A stretch of 64,000 bases of DNA from Desulfobacteraceae bacterium UBA2174 (GTDB taxonomy: Bacteria > Desulfobacterota > Desulfobacteria > Desulfobacterales > UBA2174): NCBI GenBank assembly GCA_002327445.1, contig DCWA01000006.1, positions 29,662 through 93,661 on the forward strand. The letters are read 5' to 3'. This document shows positions 48,570 to 58,610 of this stretch, piece after piece. The notes under the pieces were generated by a model, which worked only from the letters and a program-made list of their open reading frames with translations, ran no database searches and was not told the origin of the DNA. Numbering within the stretch: the stretch's first letter is position 1; each line of letters opens with the position of its first letter. Position numbers and translations under genes: made by a program.

Positions 48570-50333
48570 ATGGCCGCTTTCCCTTTCCTTTACATAAGTC
48601 ACCGGCACCGCCAATTGCTGGCCCTGATCCGGGTCCACTGGGGTCGGCTCGGCTTGTCGATGATCTGCATGCTCGTCATTGCCGGAGCCACCGCCGCCAG
48701 CGCCTACCTCGTCAAGCCGGTTCTCGACGATATCTTCTTCAATCGCAACCGGTCCATGCTGCGGCTGATCCCGCTGGTGATCGTCGGGATCTACCTGGCC
48801 CGGGGCGTGGGGATGTACGCCCAGAGTTACCTGATGAGCTACGTGGGCGAGCGGATCATCCTCGCCTTGCGGACTCGCCTCTACGACCGGATCCAGGACC
48901 TGCCCATCTCGTTTTTCCAACGGGAGAAGACCGGCGTCCTCATGAGCCGCATCACCAACGACGTCAACATCATCAAGGCGATGGTATCGGTGGCGGTCAC
49001 CAGCAGCCTACGGGACGCCTTCACCATCCTCGGGCTGATTTTCGTCATCTTTTACCGGGACTGGAAGATGGCCCTCTTTGCCCTGGTGATCCTGCCGGCG
49101 GCCTTCTTCCCGGTGGTGGAATTCGGCCGGCGGGTGCGCCGGGCCAGCACCGGCTGCCAGGAGGCGATGGCCGACATGAGCGTGTTTCTCCACGAGACCA
49201 TCGCCGGCAACAAGATCGTCAAGGCCTTCGGGATGGAGGCACAGGAGAAAAAGCGGTTTCGGGAAAAGTGCGAGCACCTGTTCCGGGTGGAGATCCGCGC
49301 CGTGGTGGCTCGCAGCCTCTCGTCGCCGGTGATGGAGTTTTTCGGCGGCCTGGGGATCGCCTTCATCATCTGGTACGGTGGCGCCAAGGTCATCGACGGC
49401 ACCTCCACCGCCGGCACCTTTTTTTCCTTCATGGCCGCCGTGCTGATGCTCTATGATCCGGTCAAGAAGCTTAGCGTCCTCAACAACACGGTGCAGCAGG
49501 GGTTGGCGGCGGTGGACCGGGTCTTCGACATCATCGAGATGCCCTCGGAGATCGGCGAGGCCCCCGATGCGCGGGTGATCGAGCGTCGACCCCACCGGGT
49601 GGCCTTCGAGGATGTGTGGTTTCGCTACGAGGCGTCCTGGGTCCTGCAAGGCATCGATCTGAGTGTCCGCGAGGGCGAGGTGCTGGCTCTGGTGGGCATG
49701 AGCGGCGGCGGCAAGACCACCCTGGTGAACCTGATCCCCCGCTTTTTCGATGTCACCCGCGGCCGGATCACCATCGACGCGTTGGACATTCGCAGGGCCA
49801 CCCTTGCCTCCCTGCGCGAGCAGGTCGCCCTGGTGACCCAGGAGCCGATCCTGTTCAATGACACGGTGCGCTACAATATCGCCTATGGCCGCCCGGCCGC
49901 CACCGAAGCGCAGATCGAGGCCGCTGCGGCCGCCGCCTACGCCGATCCGTTCATCCGCGCCTTGCCCCAAGGCTACGATACGACCATCGGCGAGCTGGGC
50001 GGACGCCTCTCGGGGGGGGAAAAGCAGCGCCTCTGCATCGCCCGGGCCCTGATCAAGGATGCCCCGATCCTGATATTGGATGAAGCGACTTCTTCCCTGG
50101 ACACCGAAGCGGAAATGCTGGTGCAAAAGGCGCTGGAAAACCTGATGCGCGGCCGCACTACCTTCGTCATCGCCCACCGACTATCCACCGTGGAGCGGGC
50201 CGACCGCATCGCCGTGGTGGTGGAAGGGCGGATCGTGGAGGAAGGCACCCACGGGCAACTGATCGCCTCGGGAGGAGAGTACTGCAAGCTCTACCGGATG
50301 CAGTTCGGCAATGGGCGGGAAGGGGAACGCTAG
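48570..50333 (+). CDS. msbA: Lipid A flippase ABC transporter
   Basis: TMD plus NBD (GMSGGGKT, LSGGEKQR, DEATSSLD); operon context. Confidence 0.9.
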   Translation: MAAFPFLYISHRHRQLLALIRVHWGRLGLSMICMLVIAGATAASAYLVKPVLDDIFFNRNRSMLRLIPLVIVGIYLARGVGMYAQSYLMSYVGERIILALRTRLYDRIQDLPISFFQREKTGVLMSRITNDVNIIKAMVSVAVTSSLRDAFTILGLIFVIFYRDWKMALFALVILPAAFFPVVEFGRRVRRASTGCQEAMADMSVFLHETIAGNKIVKAFGMEAQEKKRFREKCEHLFRVEIRAVVARSLSSPVMEFFGGLGIAFIIWYGGAKVIDGTSTAGTFFSFMAAVLMLYDPVKKLSVLNNTVQQGLAAVDRVFDIIEMPSEIGEAPDARVIERRPHRVAFEDVWFRYEASWVLQGIDLSVREGEVLALVGMSGGGKTTLVNLIPRFFDVTRGRITIDALDIRRATLASLREQVALVTQEPILFNDTVRYNIAYGRPAATEAQIEAAAAAAYADPFIRALPQGYDTTIGELGGRLSGGEKQRLCIARALIKDAPILILDEATSSLDTEAEMLVQKALENLMRGRTTFVIAHRLSTVERADRIAVVVEGRIVEEGTHGQLIASGGEYCKLYRMQFGNGREGER

Positions 50334-51472
50334 TGGGCACCCTCATCGACCGCTATCTGTTTCGCGAATTCCTGCCCCCCTTTATTCTCAACCTGTTGTT
50401 TTTTATATTCGTTTTTTTGATGACGCGCATCCTGGAGATCACCAACATGGTGGTCAACTACCGCATCGGCCTGGGCACCGTGATCTGGATGCTCCTCTAT
50501 GCCACGCCTCAATTTCTCGAATTCGTCGTGCCCATGTCGGTGATGATGGCGATCCTGCTCACCCTTTTGCGGCTTTCGGGGGACAACGAAATCGTGGCCT
50601 TGAAGGCCGGAGGAGTCAGTGTCTACCGGCTTCTGCCATCGGTGATGACCTTCGCCCTCATCGGCGGGCTGCTCACGGCCCTCGTCACCCTTTGGGCCGC
50701 CCCCCGCGGGCGGTTGGAACTGAAGGGAGTGGTGCAGCGGGCCACCCGGTCCACAGACCTGAGCCTCGTCCTGAAGGAACGCACCTTCAACGACGCTTTC
50801 GACGGGGTGATGCTGTTTGTCAGCCGCATCGATCCCGCAACCCGGGAACTGGTGGATGTGTTCATCGAGGATCAGCGTCACCGCCCCCTGAAAATCGCCA
50901 TTGTCGCTCCCCGGGGCCGTTTGGTGGCCGAGACCGGCAATGCCGGATACCGGCTTGAACTCCACAACGGGACGGTGCAGCGGGTCGATCTGGCCAACCG
51001 TACCGCCGACACCATCGGTTTCGACATCTATGAGGTGGCTCTGAAGGTCAAGGCGTCGAATGCGGCTCCGGTCTCCGTGATCCGCACCGAAAACGAGATG
51101 GGCCCGGGGGAACTGGGCCGCTGGATCGATTCCTTGAAGCCGAAGGATCCGCGTCGGGCTTCGGCTCTCCTTGCCTGGCACCAGCGGTTGGCCATTCCCG
51201 CCGCCTGCCTCTGTCTGGGTTTCATGGCCCTGCCTCTGGGGGTCCAGTCCCGCACGGCCAGGCGGTCCTTCGGTTTGGGTTTGGGACTGGCGAGCTTTCT
51301 CGCCTATTACCTGCTGTTGTCGGCCGGGAAAATTCTGGGGGAGGCCGGATACCTGGCTCCCGTGATCGGCATGTGGCTGCCCAATGCGGTCAGCGCGGGT
51401 TTCGGGGCGTGGCTCCTGGTGCGCTGCGCCGAGGAGCGGCCGGTGCAATGGCGGCTGTGGCCGCGGAGATGA
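50333..51472 (+). CDS. lptF: LPS export permease LptF
   Basis: IDRYLFRE, RLSGDNEIVALKAGGVS, MWLPN. Confidence 0.9.
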   Translation: MGTLIDRYLFREFLPPFILNLLFFIFVFLMTRILEITNMVVNYRIGLGTVIWMLLYATPQFLEFVVPMSVMMAILLTLLRLSGDNEIVALKAGGVSVYRLLPSVMTFALIGGLLTALVTLWAAPRGRLELKGVVQRATRSTDLSLVLKERTFNDAFDGVMLFVSRIDPATRELVDVFIEDQRHRPLKIAIVAPRGRLVAETGNAGYRLELHNGTVQRVDLANRTADTIGFDIYEVALKVKASNAAPVSVIRTENEMGPGELGRWIDSLKPKDPRRASALLAWHQRLAIPAACLCLGFMALPLGVQSRTARRSFGLGLGLASFLAYYLLLSAGKILGEAGYLAPVIGMWLPNAVSAGFGAWLLVRCAEERPVQWRLWPRR

Positions 51473-52554
51473 CCACCGTGCCTCTTTTCGATCGCTACCT
51501 GGTCCGGGAAATCCTCCGCATCTCGGCCATCGTCCTGGTGTTGGTGGTGGGCGTTTATCTGGCGGTGGATTTTTTCGAAAAGGTGGACAATTTTCTCGAA
51601 AAGGGCGTTCCCTTGGACCGCGCCCTGGCTTATTTTGCCTACAAGCTCCCCTTCATCGTAGCCCAGGTGATGCCCTTGTGCCTGCTACTGGCGGCGACGG
51701 TCACATTCGGTCTGATGAACAAGCACAACGAGGTCCTGGCCCTCCGGGCCGGGGGCATCGGAACCGGACGGTTGATGCGACCGATGCTAGCCCTGGGGGT
51801 GTTGTCCGCCATTTTTTTGTTTTTTCTCTCCGAGGCCGTCGTCCCGCCGACCATGGACCGGGCCAACCGGATCTGGCTAGGAGAAGTGCGCCAGAAGGCC
51901 ATGCTGGTGTCCCGGCAGCAGGACATCTGGATCAAGGGAGTGCGGTCGATCATCTTCATCCGCCACTACCACAGCCCCAGCCGGACCGCCTACGGCCTGA
52001 CGGTCAACCGCTTCGATGAGGACTTCCGCCTCATCGAGCGCCTCGATGCCGAAACGGGACATTACCGGGACGGGCAGTGGCGTCTGGCCGGAGTGATGGT
52101 TCAGCGCCGAGAGCCGGACGCCGTGGAGATGGCGGTCTCCTTTCAAGAGGAAATGGTCGTGCCGTTGGACATGGCTCCCGAGGATTTGAGCCCTGCGGCC
52201 CGCGAGGGAAGCGAAATGAGCTTTGCCGAGCTGCGGCGCCATGCCGAACGGGTGGCCGCCGAAGGGTATGACGCCGGCGCGTACCGGGTGGACCTGCAGG
52301 CCAAGCTGGCCTTTCCGGTCATTTGTCTGATCCTGGCGGTGATCGGGGCGGGGATCGGCCTGCACCGCCTGACCCACGGCGGCTTGGCTCTGGCGGTGGC
52401 CATCGGTTTGGGGCTGGCTTTTCTCTACTGGATCTTTTTCAGCTTCTGTCTCTCGCTGGGATACGGGGAGATGCTGCCGCCGGTGGTGGCCGCCTGGGCC
52501 GGCAACCTGCTGTTCGGGTGCATCGCCGGGGTGGTGATACTGGCGACGGATTGA
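51469..52554 (+). CDS. lptG: LPS export permease LptG
   Basis: DRYLVRE, HNEVLALRAGG, PPVVAAWAGN; follows lptF. Confidence 0.9.
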   Translation: MTTVPLFDRYLVREILRISAIVLVLVVGVYLAVDFFEKVDNFLEKGVPLDRALAYFAYKLPFIVAQVMPLCLLLAATVTFGLMNKHNEVLALRAGGIGTGRLMRPMLALGVLSAIFLFFLSEAVVPPTMDRANRIWLGEVRQKAMLVSRQQDIWIKGVRSIIFIRHYHSPSRTAYGLTVNRFDEDFRLIERLDAETGHYRDGQWRLAGVMVQRREPDAVEMAVSFQEEMVVPLDMAPEDLSPAAREGSEMSFAELRRHAERVAAEGYDAGAYRVDLQAKLAFPVICLILAVIGAGIGLHRLTHGGLALAVAIGLGLAFLYWIFFSFCLSLGYGEMLPPVVAAWAGNLLFGCIAGVVILATD

Positions 52555-52716
52555 AATGAGGATCTTCCTGGGCTGGCCGCATCCCGTCACTTCCGGCAGG
52601 TGCGCCCAAAGGCCCGAATCAACCCCAACGGCCTCGGAGATCACCGGAAAAAGCAGGAATTCGAAAATTGCTTTTTTCCAGTGCATCTTGAGGTGGCCTT
52701 CCGACCGATCCTGCCA

Positions 52717-54048
52717 ATGAACCGCGCGCTGCTGGCCTACAACATCCTGATCCATGCCGCCGTGGCCCTGGGCGGCCCCATCCTGCTGCCGCCGGTGCTG
52801 GCGCGACGCAAATGGCGGTCCCCGCTCGGGGATCGGCTGGGGCTCTCCGTTCCGCCTCGGGTCCAACGTCCGGAGCCGGCTCTGTGGCTTCATGCCCTGT
52901 CGGTGGGCGAGGTGTTGTCGGCCGTGCCGTTGGCCGCTGCCCTGCGCCGGCGCTGGCCCCGTCGACAGATTGTTTTTTCGGCGACCACCCTCACCGGCTG
53001 GCGTATCGCCCGGGAGCGCCTCACCGGGTTCGTCGACGGGATGTTTTTTTTCCCCTACGATCTGCCGGCGGTGGTGCATGCCCGGTTGCGCCAGGTCCGG
53101 CCGGCGGCCGTGGTGCTGGTGGAAACCGACCTCTGGCCCAACTTTCTTGCCCGGGCGGCAACGCTGCGCATTCCGGTGGTCCTGGCCAACGCTCGGATGA
53201 GCCGGGAGTCGTTCGTCGGCTATCGGCGCTTCCGGGCCCTGACGAGACCGATGTTCGGGAGCCTGGCGGCGGTGGCGGCCCAGACCGAGGGCGATGCCGG
53301 CCGGCTGCACGCCCTCGGCGTGGCCGCGGAACGTCTTGTCGTGGCGGGCAATCTCAAGTTCGATCAAGCCGATCCACGCGATCCGGTTGCCCTGGCGGCC
53401 ATGTTCCGAAGGCGGTTGCAGGCGGCGGAGAACGTGCCGATCCTGGTGGCGGGCAGCACCCACCACGGCGCGGAGGAGGAAGCCCTGGCGGCTGGCTTCC
53501 ACCGGTGGCGCGAGAGATTTCCCGACCTGTTGGCGGTGGTCGCGCCCCGGGATCCGCTGCGGGCGCCGGAAGTGGCGCGTCTGTTTCGGCGCCGCGGGAT
53601 CGCCTGCCGCCTCTGGAGCCGGCTGGATGGCTCCGCGCGGGATGAACCGGTGGTGGTAGTGGACCGCATGGGCATCCTGGGAAGCCTGTACGCCGTTTCC
53701 ACCGTGGCCTATGTCGGCGGCAGTCTCGCCGGTTGCGGCGGCCACAACCCGCTGGAGCCGGCGGCCATGGCCAAACCGGTGCTCTACGGTGCGGACATGA
53801 GCGATTTCGCTCAAGTGGCCGATGCCCTGGAGCAGGCCGGAGGGGCGGTGCGGGTGCCCGACGCCATGGCACTGGGCCGGCAAGGCGGACGCCTGTTGGG
53901 CGATCCGGAAGCCGCCCGTCGCATGGGGCGCGCGGCCCGGAGGGTGTTCAGGTCCCACCGGGGCGCGGTGGAACGCACCCTGACGGTGGTCGCCGGGGTA
54001 CTCGGGGAGACAGGGGACTGCCGGCCGAAAACGGGAGATGGATCATGA
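52717..54048 (+). CDS. waaA: Kdo transferase (start approximate)
   Basis: WLHALSVGE, PYD, ETDLWPN, NARMS, GNLKFD, GGHNPLEPA. Confidence 0.93.
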   Translation: MNRALLAYNILIHAAVALGGPILLPPVLARRKWRSPLGDRLGLSVPPRVQRPEPALWLHALSVGEVLSAVPLAAALRRRWPRRQIVFSATTLTGWRIARERLTGFVDGMFFFPYDLPAVVHARLRQVRPAAVVLVETDLWPNFLARAATLRIPVVLANARMSRESFVGYRRFRALTRPMFGSLAAVAAQTEGDAGRLHALGVAAERLVVAGNLKFDQADPRDPVALAAMFRRRLQAAENVPILVAGSTHHGAEEEALAAGFHRWRERFPDLLAVVAPRDPLRAPEVARLFRRRGIACRLWSRLDGSARDEPVVVVDRMGILGSLYAVSTVAYVGGSLAGCGGHNPLEPAAMAKPVLYGADMSDFAQVADALEQAGGAVRVPDAMALGRQGGRLLGDPEAARRMGRAARRVFRSHRGAVERTLTVVAGVLGETGDCRPKTGDGS

Positions 54049-55193
54049 AGCCCCTGCAGCCCTTGCAGGAGACGGTGGAGAAGTGGATGCGCGACCCCGG
54101 CCGGCCGCCGTTCTTTTCGATGCGGGCGGTTCTTGCCGGGATGGGCGAGGTCTACGGAGGGGCCATGGCGCTGCGCGCCGACCTGTACCGCCGGGGTTGG
54201 CTCTCCCGCCGCAGGCTGCCCTGCCTCGTGGTGTCGGTGGGGAACCTCACCCTGGGGGGCACTGGAAAGACCCCGTTGACCATGGATCTGGCCCGGCGCG
54301 TTCGGGCCATGGGCTGGCAGGTCGCCGTCGTCAGCCGGGGCTACCGGGGTCGGGCCGAAGACCGCGGCGCGGTGGTCAGCGACGGTCGGCGCCTGCTGCT
54401 CCCGGCGGCCGAGGCCGGGGATGAGCCGTTTCTCATCGCCCGGCGGCTCACCGGGGTGCCGGTGGTGGTGGGAAAGGACCGCTGGACCGCCGCGATGGTC
54501 GCCCTGGAGCGCTTTGCGCCCCAGGTGGTGATCCTGGACGACGGATTTCAGCACTTGCGGCTGGCAAGGGATCTGGATCTGCTCCTTTTCGACGCCCGGG
54601 AGCCGTTGGGAAACGGCCGGATTTTCCCCGGAGGCCGGCTCCGGGAGGCCCCCCGGGCCGCCCGGCGTTGCGATGCCGTGGTGCTGGTGAGCCGAGGGGG
54701 GGGTTCGGGAGGCGATGCCCCCCGGGGCCTGGACGGTGTTGCGGGCCGTCCCCGGTTCGCGGTGGCCTTGAAGCCGCGGCTGGTGGATGTGCAATTGGCC
54801 GCCGCCGGCGCACCGCCATTTCCGGCGGCGGGCGATCTGGCAGGCCGGCGCTGCGTCGCCTTCGCCGGCGTCGCCGACAACAGGCGTTTTTTTGAGGATG
54901 TCAAACGCCTCGGGGGCGACGTGGCCGCCTGCTTCGGGTTCCGGGACCATCATTTTTACCAGGCCCAAGAGATTGCCCAACTGATCGACGCGGCGCGGCA
55001 AACCGGCGCCAGTTGCCTGGTGACCACCGCCAAGGATGCGGTGCGCCTGGAAGCGTTCGGTCCTTTGGCGCTTCCCCTGGCGATCGTCGACCTGGCGGCG
55101 GCCTGGAGCGACGGGGGGGCGGCCATCGAGGCATTCCTGATGCAGCGCCTGGGGCGTCCGACCGCGCTGGACCGATCCTCCGATCTTCCCTGA
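54045..55193 (+). CDS. lpxK: Tetraacyldisaccharide 4'-kinase
   Basis: VGNLTLGGTGKTP, SRGY, GDEP, LDDGFQH, TTAKDAV. Confidence 0.95.
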   Translation: MKPLQPLQETVEKWMRDPGRPPFFSMRAVLAGMGEVYGGAMALRADLYRRGWLSRRRLPCLVVSVGNLTLGGTGKTPLTMDLARRVRAMGWQVAVVSRGYRGRAEDRGAVVSDGRRLLLPAAEAGDEPFLIARRLTGVPVVVGKDRWTAAMVALERFAPQVVILDDGFQHLRLARDLDLLLFDAREPLGNGRIFPGGRLREAPRAARRCDAVVLVSRGGGSGGDAPRGLDGVAGRPRFAVALKPRLVDVQLAAAGAPPFPAAGDLAGRRCVAFAGVADNRRFFEDVKRLGGDVAACFGFRDHHFYQAQEIAQLIDAARQTGASCLVTTAKDAVRLEAFGPLALPLAIVDLAAAWSDGGAAIEAFLMQRLGRPTALDRSSDLP

Positions 55194-55199
55194 GCGACG

Positions 55200-56771
55200 C
55201 TAAAAGCGGATTTCCACCTTTTCCCTCAGGTAGTCCTTGACTTCGGCGATGGTGACCTGACCGCGGTGGAAGATGCCGGCGGCCAAGGCCGCTTCGGCGC
55301 CGGTATGGGTGAAGACTTCGGCGAAATGCATCGCGGACCCGGCCCCCGAGGAGGCGATCACCGGAATGGTCACCGCCGACTTGACCGCCTGGATCAACTC
55401 CAGGTCGAACCCGTCGTGGGTGCCGTCGCGGTCGATGCAGTTGAGCAGGATTTCCCCGGCACCCAGGCGTTCGCAGACCCGGGCCAGCGTCACGGCGTCC
55501 ACCGGGCGTCCCTCGCGTCCCCCCTTGACGGTGCACTGGTACCAACACCAGCGTTCGCCCGCCGGGCCAGGCCGCGCGGTTTCGATCACGTGATGCGGCA
55601 CCGCGTCGGGCGAAGACGCGTAGACCCGCCGCGGATCGATGGAAATCACCACCGCCTGGTTGCCGTAGACCCGCGCGATCTCCTCGATGGCGCTTCGCCC
55701 GGAAGCTTTTCCCGTGCGCAGGAAATCCTCCACCACCGCCACGGCATCCGACCCGATGGACACCTTGTCCGCCCCGGAGCGAAAGTAGGCGCCGGCCACT
55801 TCCAGGGCCGGGTAATGCCGACCGTCCTTGTCGGTGAAGTCGCGAATCCCGCCGCCGATGGTCAAGGGGACGAAAACGTTGCGCGAAGTCTGCTCCAGGA
55901 CGGATAGCATCGGCATGTCTTGCAGGGGAAAATCACGGAACCCGGTGATGTTGAGAAAAGTGATTTCATCGGCCCCCTCCTCGTAGTAGTGACGGGCGAG
56001 ATCGATCGGTCGGCCCAGGTTGCGCACCGCCCCCTCCTGGCGGACGTCGTAGCGGTCGCCCTTGGTGACCACCAGTTCGCCCTTGTCGTCGGCGCGCACG
56101 TCCAGGCAGGCGATGATGCGCTTGGCCAGGACGGTCTGCTCCACTGTTAGGGGTGGCCGGCAGGAGCTGCGGTCGTCGGCCAGGAAGTTGGCCAGCAACC
56201 GGAGCCCGGCTGAGCCGCTTTTTTCAGGGTGAAACTGGGTGCCGAGGACGTGCCCGCGCTGGACGGCGCTGACGAAGGGGGCGCCGTAGTCCGACAGGGT
56301 TAGCGCCACCGCCGGGTCGTCGGCGCAGACATGGTACGAGTGGACGAAGTAGAATTTTTCGTCGCCATTCAATCCGGCGAACAGCGGTGACGCCTGGCGG
56401 GCCCGGATCCCGTTCCAGCCGATGTGGGGGACTGCCAGGCGGGTCCGGAAACGCCTCACGAAGCCGGGCAGAACGCCGAGGCCGGCAACTCCAGGGGCTT
56501 CCTCGCTGCCTCCGAACAGGGCCTGCATGCCGAGGCAGATCCCCAAAAAGGGGCGGTCTGCGGCCAGGTACTGCTTCAGGGGTTCGATGAATCCTTGCCG
56601 GTGCAGGATCTCCATCATGCTACCGAAGGCTCCGACCCCGGGGAAGACGAGTTTTTCAGCCTCGTGGATGTCCCGGGGCCGTTTGACGCGGCGCACCGTT
56701 TCACCGAGGCTTTCGATGGCGTTGACGACGCTGCGCACGTTGCCGGCGCCGTAGTCGAGCAGGGTGATCAT
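55200..56771 (-). CDS. hisHF: Fused imidazole glycerol phosphate synthase HisHF (glutaminase + cyclase)
   Basis: DYGAGN, GICLG, QFHPEKS, then RIIACLDV..VVTKGD.YDVR, IASSGAG, ALAAGIFH in one 523-aa ORF. Confidence 0.93.
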   Translation of the reverse strand: MITLLDYGAGNVRSVVNAIESLGETVRRVKRPRDIHEAEKLVFPGVGAFGSMMEILHRQGFIEPLKQYLAADRPFLGICLGMQALFGGSEEAPGVAGLGVLPGFVRRFRTRLAVPHIGWNGIRARQASPLFAGLNGDEKFYFVHSYHVCADDPAVALTLSDYGAPFVSAVQRGHVLGTQFHPEKSGSAGLRLLANFLADDRSSCRPPLTVEQTVLAKRIIACLDVRADDKGELVVTKGDRYDVRQEGAVRNLGRPIDLARHYYEEGADEITFLNITGFRDFPLQDMPMLSVLEQTSRNVFVPLTIGGGIRDFTDKDGRHYPALEVAGAYFRSGADKVSIGSDAVAVVEDFLRTGKASGRSAIEEIARVYGNQAVVISIDPRRVYASSPDAVPHHVIETARPGPAGERWCWYQCTVKGGREGRPVDAVTLARVCERLGAGEILLNCIDRDGTHDGFDLELIQAVKSAVTIPVIASSGAGSAMHFAEVFTHTGAEAALAAGIFHRGQVTIAEVKDYLREKVEIRF

Positions 56772-56855
56772 GGGCTTCCTTTCGAGCGCAAATGAAAAAA
56801 TTCCAAATACTCCAAGCCGAAGCGGAACTCAAGGATCGCTGGCCGGGGGAAAGGC

Positions 56856-56886
56856 CGGAAGTCGGAAATCGGAAATCGGAAATCGG
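56856..56886. repeat. Short heptamer tandem repeat
   Basis: CGGAAGT CGGAAAT CGGAAAT CGGAAAT CGG. Confidence 0.7.
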
Positions 56887-56914
56887 GGGTCGGCCGCCGG
56901 CGGCGGGCAGCGGG

Positions 56915-57457
56915 CTACCGCTTTTTGAACGTTGACAGCACCGTAAAACGGGGATCCCCTGGCGCGGCGGGGCAGGTGCAAAGGTCGGTGTTGAGATTCG
57001 CCCCGCAGCGGGAACAGAGCCCGCGGCAGTCCGGGCGGCAGAGGGCCCGGTAGGGGACCAGGGCCAGGACTTCCTCGCGTACCGCTTCGTCCGTTTCCAG
57101 CACCTGGCCCTCGAAGAAGAGAAGCCCGACGTCATCGGCGCTCAGCTCCAGGTCTCCCGGCGTCGGCTGGCGCCGCTCTTCCGGTTGGGGGGTGAACACG
57201 CAGAAAAAGTCCGCGACGGCATCCTGTTCGAACTCGGCCAGGCAACGGGCGCAGGTCAGTCGCAAGTGCGCCGACAGGTGCCCGTGGACCTCCACGGTGT
57301 CGGCCACGCGATCGAGATCCAGGCTCACGGCCACCGGGCCGAGGAAGACGGCTTCGCCGCTTTGTTCCACATCGGCCAGACCCTCGTCCCGGGCCGGATT
57401 GAATTCGTATGCCAAATGCAGCCCGGTATCCTTGATGGCGTCCAGATGAACCCGCAT
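56915..57457 (-). CDS. yceD: DUF177/YceD family protein
   Basis: CARCL, LCRPDCRGLCSRCGANLN..C.C, DPRF. Confidence 0.9.
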   Translation of the reverse strand: MRVHLDAIKDTGLHLAYEFNPARDEGLADVEQSGEAVFLGPVAVSLDLDRVADTVEVHGHLSAHLRLTCARCLAEFEQDAVADFFCVFTPQPEERRQPTPGDLELSADDVGLLFFEGQVLETDEAVREEVLALVPYRALCRPDCRGLCSRCGANLNTDLCTCPAAPGDPRFTVLSTFKKR

Positions 57458-57688
57458 GGGCAGCCTCCTTCCTCTCGCGCATCGATGGTACGGATGGTAG
57501 CGCCTGAACGTCCGGGAGGCAAGCCCGACTTGCCCCGGCGGGCAGATTGCGGTTGTCATTTGCCGGTCGGTGCCATAGCATGATTTTGTCGACGCCGGGC
57601 AGGATGCCATCGTGGAAATTCCCGAGTCGTCACCCGACAGGCGCGTTGATGAAAGCTTTCACCGGGCAACCACACCGGGAGGTACGCC

Positions 57689-58435
57689 ATGACCACCTAT
57701 CGCATCCATCCCATCGTCACCGGAACCAAGGTGTTCGACAAGGGGATGATGACCTACCAGCACGACTATGGCAAACCTTACACCATTCCCATCTACGTCT
57801 GGTACCTGGAGGGCGGCGACCGGACCATCCTCGTGGACACCGGAGAGATGAACCCCATCCGGAGCCCCGATCGGGAGCAAGCCATCGGCGGCCGTATCCA
57901 TACCTTCGAGGAAGGGTTGGCCCGCTGGGGTCTCAAGCCGGAGGATATCGACGTCGTGCTCCACACCCACCTGCACAACGATCACTGCGAAAACGATTAC
58001 AAGTGCGTCAATGCCCGGTTCTACGTTCATGAAAAGGAGCTGGCGCGGATTCATGACCCCCATCCCCTCGATTTCCGCTACCTGGCGGATTATATCGAGG
58101 ATGTGGAGGAAGACGGGCGGATCGAGACGCTCACGGACGATACCCAGATCGCCCCCGGCCTGCGCATGATCCACACCCCCGCCCACACCGAAGGGGGGAT
58201 GAGCGTGGCGGTGGCCACCGAGGCGGGATTGGCCGTGATCACCGGATTTTGCGTCATCGATGAAAACTTCAATCCTCCGCCGGCGATTCGCGGCATGGAG
58301 ATGGAGGTGATTCCCCCGGGTACGCTGGTCAACGCCTACGAGGCCTACGACATCGTGAAGCGGGTGCGGGACATGGCCGACGTGTTGATCCCGCTGCACG
58401 AGCCGCGTTTCGCCGCCATCGACACCATCGGATGA
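57689..58435 (+). CDS. N-acyl homoserine lactonase-like metallo-beta-lactamase fold hydrolase
   Basis: LVDTG, THLHNDH, HTPAHT, IPLHE; GGAGG RBS. Confidence 0.85.
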   Translation: MTTYRIHPIVTGTKVFDKGMMTYQHDYGKPYTIPIYVWYLEGGDRTILVDTGEMNPIRSPDREQAIGGRIHTFEEGLARWGLKPEDIDVVLHTHLHNDHCENDYKCVNARFYVHEKELARIHDPHPLDFRYLADYIEDVEEDGRIETLTDDTQIAPGLRMIHTPAHTEGGMSVAVATEAGLAVITGFCVIDENFNPPPAIRGMEMEVIPPGTLVNAYEAYDIVKRVRDMADVLIPLHEPRFAAIDTIG

Positions 58436-58495
58436 GGACCGTCGCCGCAAAATGCGATGCGGGTTCTCCTGGTGGCCGGCAAAATTGACTTCCGG

Positions 58496-58524
58496 TTGAC
58501 AGCCTCTGGCGCTTGGCGTATATA
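58496..58524 (+). promoter_or_regulatory. Sigma70 promoter upstream of hisB
   Basis: TTGACA-17 nt-TATATA. Confidence 0.6.
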
Positions 58525-58610
58525 AATTGATTACGCTGAATTTTGCACTATAAATGATTTCAATGGGTTATGACTTGTCACCCCATCCGGGGGGCCGTGA
58601 GGGGGAACCG

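Noticed and set aside
57689-58435. Specific quorum-quenching lactonase
   Set aside because: Fold motifs are shared by many metallo-hydrolases; substrate cannot be assigned from sequence alone
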